Both the position numbers and the translations under genes were made by a program. This document shows, piece by piece, positions 49,064 to 59,532 of a DNA stretch of 64,000 nt; position 1 is the stretch's first letter, and each line of letters begins with the position of its first letter. Source of the DNA: Eubacteriales bacterium (lineage in GTDB: Bacteria; Bacillota; Clostridia; Oscillospirales; CAG-272); assembly GCA_045546615.1 (NCBI GenBank), contig JAZQDD010000038.1:2868-66867 (forward strand). Reading direction: 5' to 3'. The notes beneath the pieces were generated by a model. It worked only from the letters and a program-made list of their open reading frames with translations, was not told where the DNA came from and ran no database searches.

Positions 49064-49630
49064 TTAGTTTGCTACCTTGACGACAGCGTATCGGATAACA
49101 CGGTCGCCGCGAGTGTAGCCTTTTTGGAAAACCTCAACGATCTCGCCCTCTTTGTAGGCTTCATCGTCGACGTGCATTACCGCATAATGCAAATTGGGAT
49201 CAAATGTTTCGCCAAGTGCCTTTATTTCCTCTATGTCCATTTTGACAAGAGCTTCGCTAAAGCTCTTGAGTATCAACGCAAGTCCTTCCTTGAGTGCCGC
49301 GGCATCCTCGCATCCGACAGCGCGGTCAAGATTGTCAAGCACGGGGAGAAGCTCCTTCATCGCATCGGAATAAGCATCGGTGTAAACGCCCTCTTTTTCC
49401 TTTTGCGAACGGCGGCGGAAGTTATCGTACTCTGCAGCAAGGCGCAGGTATTTGTCGTCAGCCTCGGCAAGCTTCGCTTTTACCTCTTCAAGCTCCTTTT
49501 GGAGTTCGGAAATTTTCGCATCCTGCTTTTTTGCTTTCTTTTTTTCTGATCTTGACATTTCCTCACAAGTTGCCTCGGGCTCTTCCAAGGTGATCTCGTC
49601 TTTTTCGTTTTCTCTATTCATCTGCGTCAT
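49064..49630 (-). CDS. grpE: nucleotide exchange factor GrpE
   Basis: 188 aa; acidic N-terminus, RLAAEYDNFRRR, C-terminal beta domain. 17-nt overlap with hrcA. Confidence 0.95.
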   Translation of the reverse strand: MTQMNRENEKDEITLEEPEATCEEMSRSEKKKAKKQDAKISELQKELEEVKAKLAEADDKYLRLAAEYDNFRRRSQKEKEGVYTDAYSDAMKELLPVLDNLDRAVGCEDAAALKEGLALILKSFSEALVKMDIEEIKALGETFDPNLHYAVMHVDDEAYKEGEIVEVFQKGYTRGDRVIRYAVVKVAN

Positions 49631-50732
49631 TTTTACCCTTTCTTAAATCATTTATCGCCTTTTCACTTGGCGGCAACGCGGCAGGATGGGATACGGGGGA
49701 ATATCCGCCGATAATTTCCTCGATCGAACCGCAAAGATGTTCGATAGTTTCAAGAACCTTTGCATAGTCCATGCGAAGCGGACCGAGAACACCGATGACA
49801 CCAAGTGTTTTACCTTCTCTGACAATGGGCTTGAAAACCAGCGCGGAATTGTTCATCACCTGCACTGCGGACTCTGTTCCTATCAGCACAGAGACATCCT
49901 CGCCTGTGCTTTCCGAAACGAGCCGCAATATTTCTTCCTTCTGCTCGAGCGTTCCGAGCAACTCCGAGAGCTTTTCGGGACTTTCGTAATCTGAATACTG
50001 TAAAAGCCTGTTGATACCCGATAGCTGAAGTTCTCCGCCGTCGCTCTCGGACAATGCCGAATATATTGTTTTAACGATTGGCGCGACTATTGGCGCATCG
50101 GACTCCATAACCGCCTCAAGATTCATGATAACGGGAAGATTTATCGCTTCCGCCGCAATGCCCGCGACCAATTTGTTAAGAGCCTCACAAAGAAGCTCTA
50201 TGCGCTGTCTTGGCATGGGACGTGACAGCCTGATGTGCTTTGAAACAACGTTTCCTATCGAGGTAACCATGATAAGGACGAAATTGGACTCATCAATATA
50301 CGCTATCTCAAATCTGGAAACGGACACCGAGCGCCTCTTGGGTTTAACCGCGAGTCCCGTATAATTGGTGATGCTTGACGCCAGCTTTGATGCGGCGAGA
50401 AGTATCTGGTCGAGTTCTGCTGTTTTGCTTTTCAGAATGCTGTTTATCTGATTTATCTCGCCCGTGGTCATGGCATAATGCTCAAGCAGTTGGTCTACGT
50501 AAAATCTATATCCGAGCTGTGAGGGCACTCTGCCCGCCGAGGTATGCGGTTGTTCGAGATAACCCATCTCCTCAAGCTCTGCCATTTCATTACGAATCGT
50601 CGCCGAGGAGCATTTGATATTGGGGAGTTGCTGTAAAGATTTCGAACCGACGGGCTCGCCAAGCTCAATATGGGATTCAACGATTGCTTTAAGTATCAGC
50701 TTTTTGCGTTCGCTAAGATCTTTTCCGTACAT
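49614..50732 (-). CDS. hrcA: heat-inducible transcriptional repressor HrcA
   Basis: 372 aa; N-terminal winged helix LSERKKLILKAIVESHIELGEPVGSKSL...SSATIRNEMAELEEMGYLEQPHTSAGRVP. Confidence 0.96.
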   Translation of the reverse strand: MYGKDLSERKKLILKAIVESHIELGEPVGSKSLQQLPNIKCSSATIRNEMAELEEMGYLEQPHTSAGRVPSQLGYRFYVDQLLEHYAMTTGEINQINSILKSKTAELDQILLAASKLASSITNYTGLAVKPKRRSVSVSRFEIAYIDESNFVLIMVTSIGNVVSKHIRLSRPMPRQRIELLCEALNKLVAGIAAEAINLPVIMNLEAVMESDAPIVAPIVKTIYSALSESDGGELQLSGINRLLQYSDYESPEKLSELLGTLEQKEEILRLVSESTGEDVSVLIGTESAVQVMNNSALVFKPIVREGKTLGVIGVLGPLRMDYAKVLETIEHLCGSIEEIIGGYSPVSHPAALPPSEKAINDLRKGKNDADE

Positions 50733-50783
50733 TATCTCTCCCCTTTCAAAAAATTATCCGCCACTTTCGTGGATTATCAAGTT

Positions 50784-50810
50784 TTAGCACTAACGCGTTG
50801 CGAGTGCTAA
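50784..50810 (-). promoter_or_regulatory. CIRCE operator (HrcA binding site)
   Basis: TTAGCACTA-ACGCGTTGC-GAGTGCTAA, a 9-N9-9 inverted repeat with one mismatch to consensus TTAGCACTC-N9-GAGTGCTAA, about 50 nt upstream of hrcA. Confidence 0.9.
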
Positions 50811-50937
50811 CCTTTGATAATAATATACCACGAATAATGGCGGAATTTTAGCGTTTTTTGTATAAATTATGTTAACAATTTATGAACTCAAGCCTTTTCC
50901 TTTAATTCAAGCTCAAAAAGAGTGCTAAAAAAGATTA

Positions 50938-51456
50938 TTATTCAAAAAGGCTGTCATTTATGATAGCCGTATATTGGATGGACGATACGATTCCGTTTGT
51001 ATAGGTAAAAAGCAGATTGGAAAGTCCCTTGGTATACTTATATCCCGAGCCGGAATATGTAAAGTCATCACCGTATACCTCAACCACCTTTTCTATCGGA
51101 TCGCCTATCTTTATTCCCTTTACAGTAGACACCGTTGTGTCGGTGAGGATTATCTGATAAATATAGTTGGCATTTTTGTCGGGATAGGTAACTATACGCA
51201 GTCCGTCATAAATGTAAGTAAGCGTTCTGCCTGATGCACCGTTGCTCTCTCTGCGTTCTTTTTCTTCGCCCATCGCCTCGGATATCTGACGCATGGAATC
51301 ATGCGGGTGGATTATAACGCCGTTTGCGTGCCTATATGCAAAAAGTCCGTTGTCGGTTATCTCAAATGTTTCCTCGCCCGTCCCCTCGTCGCTGCCGCAC
51401 GCAACCATACCGAATATACATAAAATGAACATAAAAATCGCTATTGTTTTTTTCAT
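50938..51456 (-). CDS. hypothetical lipoprotein
   Basis: 172 aa; signal peptide with lipobox GMVAC. I recognise no family. Confidence 0.65.
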   Translation of the reverse strand: MKKTIAIFMFILCIFGMVACGSDEGTGEETFEITDNGLFAYRHANGVIIHPHDSMRQISEAMGEEKERRESNGASGRTLTYIYDGLRIVTYPDKNANYIYQIILTDTTVSTVKGIKIGDPIEKVVEVYGDDFTYSGSGYKYTKGLSNLLFTYTNGIVSSIQYTAIINDSLFE

Positions 51457-51552
51457 TTTACTCTCCCTAATATATAATATGTAAAGTATAGCACATATTT
51501 GTTAACAGTAAATGAACAACTTGCCGAATTAGGTTCTTGTTAGCCGCTTATA

Positions 51553-51581
51553 TTGACTTTTTGGGGCTTTTGTGGTATATT
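51553..51581 (+). promoter_or_regulatory. sigma-A promoter for murE
   Basis: TTGACT-17 nt-TATATT with TG extension. Confidence 0.5.
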
Positions 51582-51637
51582 AAATATAAACTCCGCATAT
51601 ATAAAAAGCGGCTCGATATCTGCATAAGGAGATTTTT

Positions 51638-53095
51638 ATGAAGCTATCAAAACTTATTGAAAAGCTAAATACAACGAAAATTTGCGGAAATACTGACATC
51701 TGCATCTCGTCTGTTGAATATAACTCATCAAAGGTGATCCAAGGCTCTCTTTTCGTATGTTTGAAGGGGGTCAATGCGGACGGTCACAAATATATCCCCG
51801 ATGCTATCGCTCGCGGTGCCGCCGCCATCCTCGTCGAAGATATGCCTTCCGAGCCTTTGGCAGTTACCGTTATCTGCGTTTCCGACACGCGCAAGGCACT
51901 TGCGTATATTTCCGCCGCATGGTTTGACTATCCCGCCGAAAAGCTGACCGTTATCGGACTTACGGGAACAAAGGGCAAGACCACCACAGCCTTTATGACA
52001 AAGCTGATCCTTGAAGAAGCAGGCTGTAAGGTCGGCATGATTGGCACGATGGGCGCTTTTATAGGACAGAGGCGTATCGAAACGAAAAATACCACCCCCG
52101 AATCATTTGAGCTTCATTCTCTTTTCGCAAGTATGCTCAACGAGGGCTGCACTCATGTAGTAATGGAAGCTTCCTCGCAGGGATTCAAGCTCCACCGTAC
52201 TGCGGGATTGACTTTTAACATCGGCGCATTTCTCAACCTCTCTCCCGACCATATAAGTCCCGGGGAACATGATACGTTTGAGGAGTACCGCGATTGCAAA
52301 AAAATGATGTTTTCCCAAACCGAACACGTCATTGCAAATGCCGACTCGCAATATTGGGAATATATGACCGAGGGTAACGAGGTAATTACCATATCCACCG
52401 AAAAAAGCGCCTCGCTCCGCGCAAATGCAATTGAATCCGTGTGGGATACAGCCGTGCTTGGCTCACGATTTAACGTAAGCGGGCTTTATAACGGCGAAAT
52501 TTTACTCAATATGCCGGGAATTTTCAATGTTCACAATGCCCTTATCGCTATGGCAATAGCTCACAAGTCGGGCGTCAAGCTTGAAGCTGTCAAAAGTGCG
52601 CTTGAAAAAGTATCTGTCAAAGGACGTACCCAACTCATCCGAGAAGCGGCCAACATGGGCACTTTCATCATTGATTACGCTCACAATGCGCTCAGCATAG
52701 ATTCTCTGCTCGAAATGCTCAAAAGCTACTCTCCAAAGCGGCTTATACTCGTTTTCGGCGGAGGCGGAGGCCGTGCCAAACAGCGCCGCTATGACCTCGG
52801 ACTTGCCGCAGGACGTAGTGCCGATCTGTCCATTCTAACTACAGACAACCCGCGTTTTGATGACCTGGACACTATATTCTCGCACCTCATCGAAGGTATA
52901 GACGTTCACGGCGGAAAATATGAGATAGTCAGAGATCGCGAGGATGCCATCCACTACGCGATGGATATCTGCGGCAAGGATGACATTGTCGCTTTTGTTG
53001 GTAAAGGACATGAAGAATATCAAGACATCAAGGGCGTAAAATACTATTTTTCCGAAGAAAAAATAATAAAAGAATACGCTATATCAAAGCTCTGA
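51638..53095 (+). CDS. murE: UDP-N-acetylmuramoyl-L-alanyl-D-glutamate--2,6-diaminopimelate ligase
   Basis: 485 aa; P-loop GLTGTKGKTTT, DNPR motif (TTDNPRFDD), which points to meso-DAP specificity. Confidence 0.93.
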   Translation: MKLSKLIEKLNTTKICGNTDICISSVEYNSSKVIQGSLFVCLKGVNADGHKYIPDAIARGAAAILVEDMPSEPLAVTVICVSDTRKALAYISAAWFDYPAEKLTVIGLTGTKGKTTTAFMTKLILEEAGCKVGMIGTMGAFIGQRRIETKNTTPESFELHSLFASMLNEGCTHVVMEASSQGFKLHRTAGLTFNIGAFLNLSPDHISPGEHDTFEEYRDCKKMMFSQTEHVIANADSQYWEYMTEGNEVITISTEKSASLRANAIESVWDTAVLGSRFNVSGLYNGEILLNMPGIFNVHNALIAMAIAHKSGVKLEAVKSALEKVSVKGRTQLIREAANMGTFIIDYAHNALSIDSLLEMLKSYSPKRLILVFGGGGGRAKQRRYDLGLAAGRSADLSILTTDNPRFDDLDTIFSHLIEGIDVHGGKYEIVRDREDAIHYAMDICGKDDIVAFVGKGHEEYQDIKGVKYYFSEEKIIKEYAISKL

Positions 53096-53100
53096 TAAAA

Positions 53101-53140
53101 AGAGTGCCGCTTTCAAAAAACGGCACTCTTCTTCTTTTTT
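53101..53140 (+). terminator. rho-independent terminator after murE
   Basis: AGAGTGCCG-11 nt-CGGCACTCT followed by a T-run. Confidence 0.85.
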
Positions 53141-53183
53141 CGGCATATACTTACATTGGAAGTCGCAGAAAGGAGATGCGTAA

Positions 53184-53408
53184 ATGAGATATATTGCTGT
53201 ATTCCCCACGCTCACTCTCGCAAAGCGCGCACAGAGGACGCTTGCCGCATCCTCCGTCGCCGCCGAAACGGTGAAGGTCGACTCCGCAAAAACCACGCGC
53301 GGTTGCTCGTGGGGCGTAGCCTTCCATGAATCCGCGCTATACAGAGTCAAAATGATATTTGCAGATGCTAAAATAGAAGTTCGCGAAATTCTTTCGGAGG
53401 GTAATTGA
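53184..53408 (+). CDS. DUF3343-like small protein (putative S/Se carrier-like)
   Basis: 74 aa; TGATG overlap with the downstream class-V aminotransferase. Family name from memory. Confidence 0.6.
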   Translation: MRYIAVFPTLTLAKRAQRTLAASSVAAETVKVDSAKTTRGCSWGVAFHESALYRVKMIFADAKIEVREILSEGN

Positions 53409-54553
53409 TGGTATACCTTGATAATGCCGCAACAAGCTTTCCAAAGCCCGCCAATGTTACGGCGGAAGTAAATCGCTGCCTTGAAAAATATTGCGGCAAT
53501 CCCGGGCGCGGCGGACATCCGCTATCCATGGCGGCGGCGGAAAAAATATACGAGTGCCGCGAGGAACTATCTGACTTTTTTGGCGCTCCGTCCCCCGCGC
53601 ACGTTATCTTCACGCACAATGCGACAGCCGCGTTGAATCTTGCCATAAAGGGGCTCCTTCCCGTCGGTTCTCACGTTATCACCAGCAACCTCGAACACAA
53701 CTCCGTTCGCCGTCCGCTTGAGGCACTTGTATCAAATGGCACTATATCACTCGACAAGGCGGAAGTTTGCAAGTACGGCAGAATGCTCGACAGCGCAAAC
53801 ATCTGCCGCACAATTGATAACCTCATGAGAAATAATACGGCGGCTGTCGTAATGACAGCCTGCCCCAATATTTTCTCCGCGGCATTGCCGATTACTGAAA
53901 TAGGCAGGCTATGCCGACGTCGCGGTATTCTTTTTATTGTAGACGGCGCACAGGCGGCAGGACATTACCCATTGGATATGCAATCAATGTGCATAGACGC
54001 GCTATGCATTCCGGGGCACAAGGCGCTTTTGGGCCCGCAAGGAAGCGGCGCTTTACTTTTAGGTAATGGCGTAATGCCCGGAGTGCTTTTTGAAGGTGGT
54101 TCAGGATCAGCTTCGTTTGAGACCGAAATGCCTCAAGAGCTACCGGAAAGATACGAAGCGGGAACGCTTTCCACACCTGCAATAGCGGGGCTGTGCGAGG
54201 GCGTTCGATATCTTCGCAAAATTGGCATTGAGAATGTAAAAAAACGGGAAAATTCGCTTTTTCTCTATGCACGGCAACGGCTGTCTGCCATACCAAGAGT
54301 GCGTCTGTATATGCCGCATCATGTCGGAAGTGTGCTTTTATTCAACGTAGGTCAGTTTCCGTCAGATCACGTTGCTTCATATCTTGCCAAAGCCAAGATA
54401 TGTGTACGCGGAGGTTTTCACTGCAATCCTTGGGCGCACACCGCGCTTGGCACAGATAAAATTGGCGGGGTGCGCGCATCGTTTTCAATATTTAACACAC
54501 CATACGAGGTAGATACGCTGGCGTACGCCATTGAGGAACTTGCAAGAAAATAA
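53408..54553 (+). CDS. class-V aminotransferase / cysteine desulfurase family protein
   Basis: 381 aa from ATG 53408; YLDNAATSFPKP; PLP lysine context IPGHKALLGPQG. Confidence 0.85.
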   Translation: MVYLDNAATSFPKPANVTAEVNRCLEKYCGNPGRGGHPLSMAAAEKIYECREELSDFFGAPSPAHVIFTHNATAALNLAIKGLLPVGSHVITSNLEHNSVRRPLEALVSNGTISLDKAEVCKYGRMLDSANICRTIDNLMRNNTAAVVMTACPNIFSAALPITEIGRLCRRRGILFIVDGAQAAGHYPLDMQSMCIDALCIPGHKALLGPQGSGALLLGNGVMPGVLFEGGSGSASFETEMPQELPERYEAGTLSTPAIAGLCEGVRYLRKIGIENVKKRENSLFLYARQRLSAIPRVRLYMPHHVGSVLLFNVGQFPSDHVASYLAKAKICVRGGFHCNPWAHTALGTDKIGGVRASFSIFNTPYEVDTLAYAIEELARK

Positions 54554-54591
54554 AAAAGGTGCTGTCGCACGATTGCGACAGCACTGTTTTT
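54550..54591. terminator. bidirectional rho-independent terminator
   Basis: GTGCTGTCGCA-CGAT-TGCGACAGCAC flanked by A-run and T-run, between the desulfurase gene and rplQ. Confidence 0.85.
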
Positions 54592-54634
54592 ATAAATACA
54601 CACATAAGCGTGATCTATAACATTTTGCGCTGAA

Positions 54635-55066
54635 TTATTCAGCAGCTTCCTCTTTCTTAGCAGCCTTCTTGGAAGACTTCTTGGTGTTCTTGGCAGCGGC
54701 CTCAGCCTCTTCCTCAGCCTTGGTCTTTACAAGGGTGATAAGAGCCATCTCAGCTGCGTCGCCTCTACGGGGACCAAGCTTGTAGATGCAAGTGTAACCG
54801 CCGTTTATGCCCTCATACTTGGGAGCGATCTCTGCAAAGAGCTTGGTTACAACATCTTCCTTAGTAATATAAGCAAGAGCAGCGCGGCGGCTTGCAAGGG
54901 TGTTCTGCTTGCCGAGAGTGATCATCTTCTCTGCCATAGCGCGAACTTCCTTAGCGCGAGTAAGGGTGGTCTCAACCTTTCCGTTCTCGAGAAGGTAGGT
55001 AACCATACCGCGAAGCATTGCATTTCTGTGAGCTGTAGGTCTGCCGAGTTTTCTGGTTCCGGGCAT
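54635..55066 (-). CDS. rplQ: 50S ribosomal protein L17 (with K/A/E-rich C-terminal extension)
   Basis: 143 aa; [20 protein letters not shown]. Confidence 0.96.
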   Translation of the reverse strand: MPGTRKLGRPTAHRNAMLRGMVTYLLENGKVETTLTRAKEVRAMAEKMITLGKQNTLASRRAALAYITKEDVVTKLFAEIAPKYEGINGGYTCIYKLGPRRGDAAEMALITLVKTKAEEEAEAAAKNTKKSSKKAAKKEEAAE

Positions 55067-55114
55067 CTTTATGCTCCTCCTTATTTGATCAATAAATGTT
55101 TGGTTCGGAAGTTA

Positions 55115-56092
55115 TCAGTCCTCTTCCTTGCGAAGCGCAAGTCCAAGGGATTCCAGCTTCTGGATAACTTCCTCAAGCGACTTCTTACCGAGGTTACGAA
55201 CCTTAATCATTTCGTCCTCAGTGCGGCTGACCAGGTCTTCGACCGTATCAATGCCCGCACGCTTCAAGCAGTTGAAGCTACGTACAGACAGGTCAAGTTC
55301 CTCAATGGTCATCTCAAGAACCTTTTCTTTTTCCTTCTCAGGTCTTTCAACCATTATTTCGGCGTTCTTTGCTTCATCGGACAAATCAACAAACAAGTTG
55401 AGATGCTCGTTGAGAATCTTGGCACCGAGAGAAATCGCTTCTTCCGCCGAGATAGTTCCGTTAGTAAGAACATCCAGCGTAAGTTTGTCATAATCAGTAA
55501 TGTTACTACCAACACGGGTATTGTCAACAGTGTAGCTTACGTTATATACGGGGGTGTAGATCGAATCGGTATAAATGAGTCCGATAGGCGCAGCAACTGC
55601 GCTGCTGCTCATATCCGAGTGAATGAGCTTGTTTCTCTCCTGAGAAACATAACCGTGTCCGTTTTCAAAAGTAAGCTCAACGAACAAGTGCGCACCCTCA
55701 GCAAGAGTTGCGAGGTGGTGGTTCGGGTTGAGTATTTCAATATCCGAGTCCTGCTTGATATCGCCGGCAGTAACTTCCATAGGACCGACAACGTCAAGTA
55801 TAGCAGTCTTGGGAGCCTGCGTGTAAAGCTTTGCAATAATGCCCTTTACATTCAGCACGATCTCGGTGAGATCCTCGGCTACGCCGGGGAGAGACGTAAA
55901 CTCATGAAGAGCTCCGTCCACCTTGATCGAGGTAACGGCTACACCCGGAAGAGAGCTGAGCAGAACTCTGCGCAGTGAATTTCCGAGCGTGATTCCGTAT
56001 CCGCGCTCAAGCGGCTCTATGATAAAGCGGCCATTTCTGCCATCTTCGCTTATATCAATACTTGTGATGTTCGGTTTCTGTATCTCTATCAT
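55115..56092 (-). CDS. rpoA: DNA-directed RNA polymerase subunit alpha
   Basis: 325 aa; [30 protein letters not shown]; C-terminal domain [17 protein letters not shown]. Confidence 0.98.
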   Translation of the reverse strand: MIEIQKPNITSIDISEDGRNGRFIIEPLERGYGITLGNSLRRVLLSSLPGVAVTSIKVDGALHEFTSLPGVAEDLTEIVLNVKGIIAKLYTQAPKTAILDVVGPMEVTAGDIKQDSDIEILNPNHHLATLAEGAHLFVELTFENGHGYVSQERNKLIHSDMSSSAVAAPIGLIYTDSIYTPVYNVSYTVDNTRVGSNITDYDKLTLDVLTNGTISAEEAISLGAKILNEHLNLFVDLSDEAKNAEIMVERPEKEKEKVLEMTIEELDLSVRSFNCLKRAGIDTVEDLVSRTEDEMIKVRNLGKKSLEEVIQKLESLGLALRKEED

Positions 56093-56186
56093 TCCGTAAT
56101 ATACCCTCCTAAAAATATTTCAATTAACAATAATTTTGTGAAATAAAGGTTCCAAACGGTAGCAATACCGAATGGTCGGAACGGTA

Positions 56187-56783
56187 TTACTTGGAATAGA
56201 GCTCAACAACAAGCTGCTCTTCAACGGGATACTCGATATCGTCGCGCTGAGGAAGAGCAACTACCTTTGCAGTAGCGTTCTGCTTGTCAACCTCAAGCCA
56301 CTTGGGAGAGATTCTGCTGTTCATAATCTCTGCAAGAGCCTTGAATTTTTCGGAATCCTTGCTGGTTTCAGCAACGGTAATGGTGTCACCTACACGAACG
56401 AGGATGGAAGGAATGTTAGCCTTCTTACCGTTTACGAGGAAGTGGTTGTGACGGACGAGCTGTCTTGCTTCCTTGCGGGTCTTAGCCATACCCATTCTGA
56501 AGATAACGTTGTCAAGGCGGCGCTCAAGGAGGCGGAGAAGGTTCTCACCGGTCATGCCTTCCTGCTTTGCTGCCATGTCATAGTAGTTAGCAAACTGTGT
56601 TTCAAGAACACCGTAGATGAATTTGAGTTTCTGCTTTTCCTTAAGCTGGAGACCGTAGTCAGAGGTCTTCTTTCTCTTATCAGCTCCGGGGTTTCTGTTA
56701 GATTTCTTTTCGTAACCGAGAACGGCGGGGTCTATGCCAAGCGCACGACATCTCTTTACGATAGGTTCATGGTTTACTGCCAT
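56187..56783 (-). CDS. rpsD: 30S ribosomal protein S4
   Basis: 198 aa; S4 domain [32 protein letters not shown]. Confidence 0.97.
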   Translation of the reverse strand: MAVNHEPIVKRCRALGIDPAVLGYEKKSNRNPGADKRKKTSDYGLQLKEKQKLKFIYGVLETQFANYYDMAAKQEGMTGENLLRLLERRLDNVIFRMGMAKTRKEARQLVRHNHFLVNGKKANIPSILVRVGDTITVAETSKDSEKFKALAEIMNSRISPKWLEVDKQNATAKVVALPQRDDIEYPVEEQLVVELYSK

Positions 56784-56879
56784 TTTAATTTTCCTCCGTT
56801 ATTCTATGATAGTATCGGCACTCTAAATCTGCCGACGCCGAGCAAACGAATAGCTCGGTTTTGCATTATTGCGCGAAAA

Positions 56880-57275
56880 TTAAACTCTTCTGCGCTTGGG
56901 AGGACGGCAACCGTTGTGAGGAACGGGAGTTACGTCCTTGATCATTGTAATCTGAAGACCTACTGCCTCAAGACCGCGAATCGCAGACTCACGTCCCGAA
57001 CCGGGGCCTCTTACATAAACCTCAACAGACTTCAATCCATGCTCCATAGCAGCCTTTGCGGCAGCCTCGGATGCGGACTGAGCAGCGAAGGGAGTGGACT
57101 TTCTGGAGCCCTTGAAGCCGAGTTCACCGGCGGAAGCCCAAGAAATAGCATTACCCTCGGTATCAGTTACAGTAACAATGGTGTTATTGAAGGTTGCGCG
57201 AATATGAACCTGACCGTTAGGTATATTCTTTTTATCGCGGCGCTTCTTAATGACCTTTTTTGCAACTTTAGCCAT
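56880..57275 (-). CDS. rpsK: 30S ribosomal protein S11
   Basis: 131 aa; [29 protein letters not shown]. Confidence 0.98.
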   Translation of the reverse strand: MAKVAKKVIKKRRDKKNIPNGQVHIRATFNNTIVTVTDTEGNAISWASAGELGFKGSRKSTPFAAQSASEAAAKAAMEHGLKSVEVYVRGPGSGRESAIRGLEAVGLQITMIKDVTPVPHNGCRPPKRRRV

Positions 57276-57294
57276 AGTAGCTTATCATCCTTTC

Positions 57295-57663
57295 TTATTT
57301 CTTCTTGTTGGCAATGGTCTTAACGGGACCCTTGCGGGTTCTTGCATTGGTCTTAGTTCTCTGACCTCTTACCGGCAGACCCTTTCTGTGTCTGATTCCG
57401 CGGTAGCAGTTGATCTCAACAAGACGCTTGATGTTAAGAGCAACATCACGGCGGAGGTCACCCTCTACAACGTAATTGTTCTCGATCTCGTCACGGAGCT
57501 TTGCTACTTCGTCCTCAGTGAGGTCCTTAGCGCGAGTATCGGGGTTAATTCCGGTCTTAGCAAGAATGTCATTTGCGCTCTTACGACCGATACCGTAAAT
57601 GTAGGTAAGGGCGATTTCAACGCGCTTCTGATTAGGAATATCAACACCAGCTATACGAGCCAT
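57295..57663 (-). CDS. rpsM: 30S ribosomal protein S13
   Basis: 122 aa; [26 protein letters not shown]. Confidence 0.98.
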   Translation of the reverse strand: MARIAGVDIPNQKRVEIALTYIYGIGRKSANDILAKTGINPDTRAKDLTEDEVAKLRDEIENNYVVEGDLRRDVALNIKRLVEINCYRGIRHRKGLPVRGQRTKTNARTRKGPVKTIANKKK

Positions 57664-57697
57664 TCTGTTTAATCCTTTCTTATCTTAAATTTCGCGA

Positions 57698-57811
57698 TTA
57701 ACCCTGGCGCTGCTTGTGCTTGGGGTTCTCGCAGATGACCATTACGCGGCCATGTCTTCTAATGATTTTGCACTTCTCGCAAATCTTTTTTACGGATGGC
57801 TTAACTTTCAT
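57698..57811 (-). CDS. rpmJ: 50S ribosomal protein L36
   Basis: Not in ORF track (too short). Own translation: [37 protein letters not shown]. Confidence 0.95.
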   Translation of the reverse strand: MKVKPSVKKICEKCKIIRRHGRVMVICENPKHKQRQG

Positions 57812-57858
57812 TTAAATTTTACCATACCTTTCTTAAAATTAAGTGTTCGCGACAACCG

Positions 57859-58077
57859 TTACTTTGTACGCCACGTGATGCGTCCCTTGGTAAGGTCATA
57901 TACCGAAACCTCAACGGTTACGTGATCACCGGGAAGAATTCTGATATAATTCATCCTCAGTTTTCCGGATATATGCGCCGTAACGATATGTCCATTGGGA
58001 AGTTGTACTTTAAATACGGTATTGGGAAGAGCCTCAATTACCGTACCTTCAAATTCGATAACGTCGTCCTTAGGCAA
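57859..58077 (-). CDS. infA: translation initiation factor IF-1 (TTG start)
   Basis: ORF 57859..58110 trimmed to TTG 58077, giving the canonical 72 aa ((M)[23 protein letters not shown]). RBS AGGAG 7 nt upstream. Confidence 0.93.
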   Translation of the reverse strand: MPKDDVIEFEGTVIEALPNTVFKVQLPNGHIVTAHISGKLRMNYIRILPGDHVTVEVSVYDLTKGRITWRTK

Positions 58078-58106
58078 AATAATCACTCCTATCTCATTTG
58101 TTGCAA

Positions 58107-58862
58107 TCAATCATATACGGCTGTAAGAATTACAGTTCCGTTTTCTGTCAAGGCTACTGAATTTTCATAATGCGCCGAAAGAGTACCGTCGGCAGTTTTT
58201 ACAGTCCAACCGTCAGGCATATCCTTGACCTCATAGCGTCCGACGTTAACCATCGGTTCTATGGCAAGTGTCATGCCGACTGCGAGCCGCACTCCTCTGC
58301 CCGCCGTTCCGAAATTCGGAACCTCGGGTTCTTCGTGAAGCTCACGGCCTACTCCGTGTCCTATATATCTTCGCACTACGCTGAAGCCTTCCGCTTCAAC
58401 ACAGGTCTGAATGGCGTTGCCGATATCGCCTATGCGGTTACCCACACGAAACGCCTCGACTCCGCAATCAAAGCTACGCTTTGTAGTCTCAATTAGCCTT
58501 TTTGCCTCATCGGATATTCGTCCGACGGGAATGGTACGCGCCATATCTCCGTTAAAGCCCTTGTAAAGCGCACCAACGTCTATCTTTACGATATCCCCAT
58601 CATAAAGAATCTTCTTTTTTGAAGGAATACCATGGATGATCTCGTCGTTTACACTTATACAAGCACTTCCGGGAAAGCCGCCGTAGCCGAGGAAGGAAGG
58701 CTTTGCACCGCACTTCTCTATGTGATGACGAATGATAGCGTCAAGCTCATAGGTGCTGATTCCCTCGCGCACCTTTTCACAGGCGGCGAGCATCGCTTCG
58801 GCAGTGATCCTTCCTGCCTCTTTCATATCGGCTATTTGCAACGAATTTTTGATTGGTATCAT
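58107..58862 (-). CDS. map: type I methionyl aminopeptidase
   Basis: 251 aa; metal ligands in [24 protein letters not shown]. Confidence 0.96.
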   Translation of the reverse strand: MIPIKNSLQIADMKEAGRITAEAMLAACEKVREGISTYELDAIIRHHIEKCGAKPSFLGYGGFPGSACISVNDEIIHGIPSKKKILYDGDIVKIDVGALYKGFNGDMARTIPVGRISDEAKRLIETTKRSFDCGVEAFRVGNRIGDIGNAIQTCVEAEGFSVVRRYIGHGVGRELHEEPEVPNFGTAGRGVRLAVGMTLAIEPMVNVGRYEVKDMPDGWTVKTADGTLSAHYENSVALTENGTVILTAVYD

Positions 58863-59500
58863 TATTTGTTGATCTCTGCGAGAGCCTTACGCACAAGCTC
58901 GGTAGTATCCTCGACCTGCTCCTGTCCTTCAACTGCTACGAGCAATCCGCGCTCGCGGTAGAAGTCAAGAAGAGGCTCGGTCTGGCTGTGGTAGGTCTCG
59001 AGACGGTTGACAACGGTCTCTGCCTTATCATCCTTGCGGATGTAAAGAGCCTTGCCGCACTTGTCGCAAACGTCTGCGACCGCGGGAGGATTGTAGTCAA
59101 CATGGTATGAAGCGCCACATTCGCAAACGCGGCGTCCGCTCATACGCTTGACTATTCTCGCATCATCAACCTCAATGGAAAGAACGGCATCGATCTTCAC
59201 GCCCATGTCCTCAAGTGCTTTCGCCTGAGCAATGGAGCGAGGAAAACCGTCGAGAATGAAGCCGTTTTTGCAAGCATCGGAAACAAGGTAATCTCTTACG
59301 ATGCCGATAACTATCTCATCAGGAACAAGTCCACCGCTTTCAACATAGGACTTAGCAACATTGCCAAGCTCTGTGCCAGCCTTCATAGCGTCGCGAAGGA
59401 TCTGGCCTGTGGAGATTGCGGGAATATTCTCGCGGGCAGCAATAAGCTCCGCCTGAGTTCCCTTGCCTGCGCCGGGGGCGCCCATAATAATAAGATTCAT
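58862..59500 (-). CDS. adk: adenylate kinase (Zn-lid type)
   Basis: 212 aa; P-loop [10 protein letters not shown]; lid CECGASYH...CDKCG. TAATG overlap with map. Confidence 0.97.
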   Translation of the reverse strand: MNLIIMGAPGAGKGTQAELIAARENIPAISTGQILRDAMKAGTELGNVAKSYVESGGLVPDEIVIGIVRDYLVSDACKNGFILDGFPRSIAQAKALEDMGVKIDAVLSIEVDDARIVKRMSGRRVCECGASYHVDYNPPAVADVCDKCGKALYIRKDDKAETVVNRLETYHSQTEPLLDFYRERGLLVAVEGQEQVEDTTELVRKALAEINK

Positions 59501-59532
59501 TATTGATCTCCTCGGTTATTATAATAAACGGC

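Noticed and set aside
50930-50938. Second GAGTGCTAA (CIRCE half-site) 120 bp upstream of the real CIRCE.
   Set aside because: The partner arm at N9 spacing matches the consensus at only about 4 of 9 positions. It sits at the 3' end of the lipoprotein gene. Likely a chance half-site, or at best an auxiliary one.
58078-58110. 11-codon N-terminal extension of infA (83-aa ORF).
   Set aside because: IF-1 is canonically 72 aa. A TTG at 58077 preceded by AGGAG at 7 nt gives exactly that length, and the extension would overlap the map stop.
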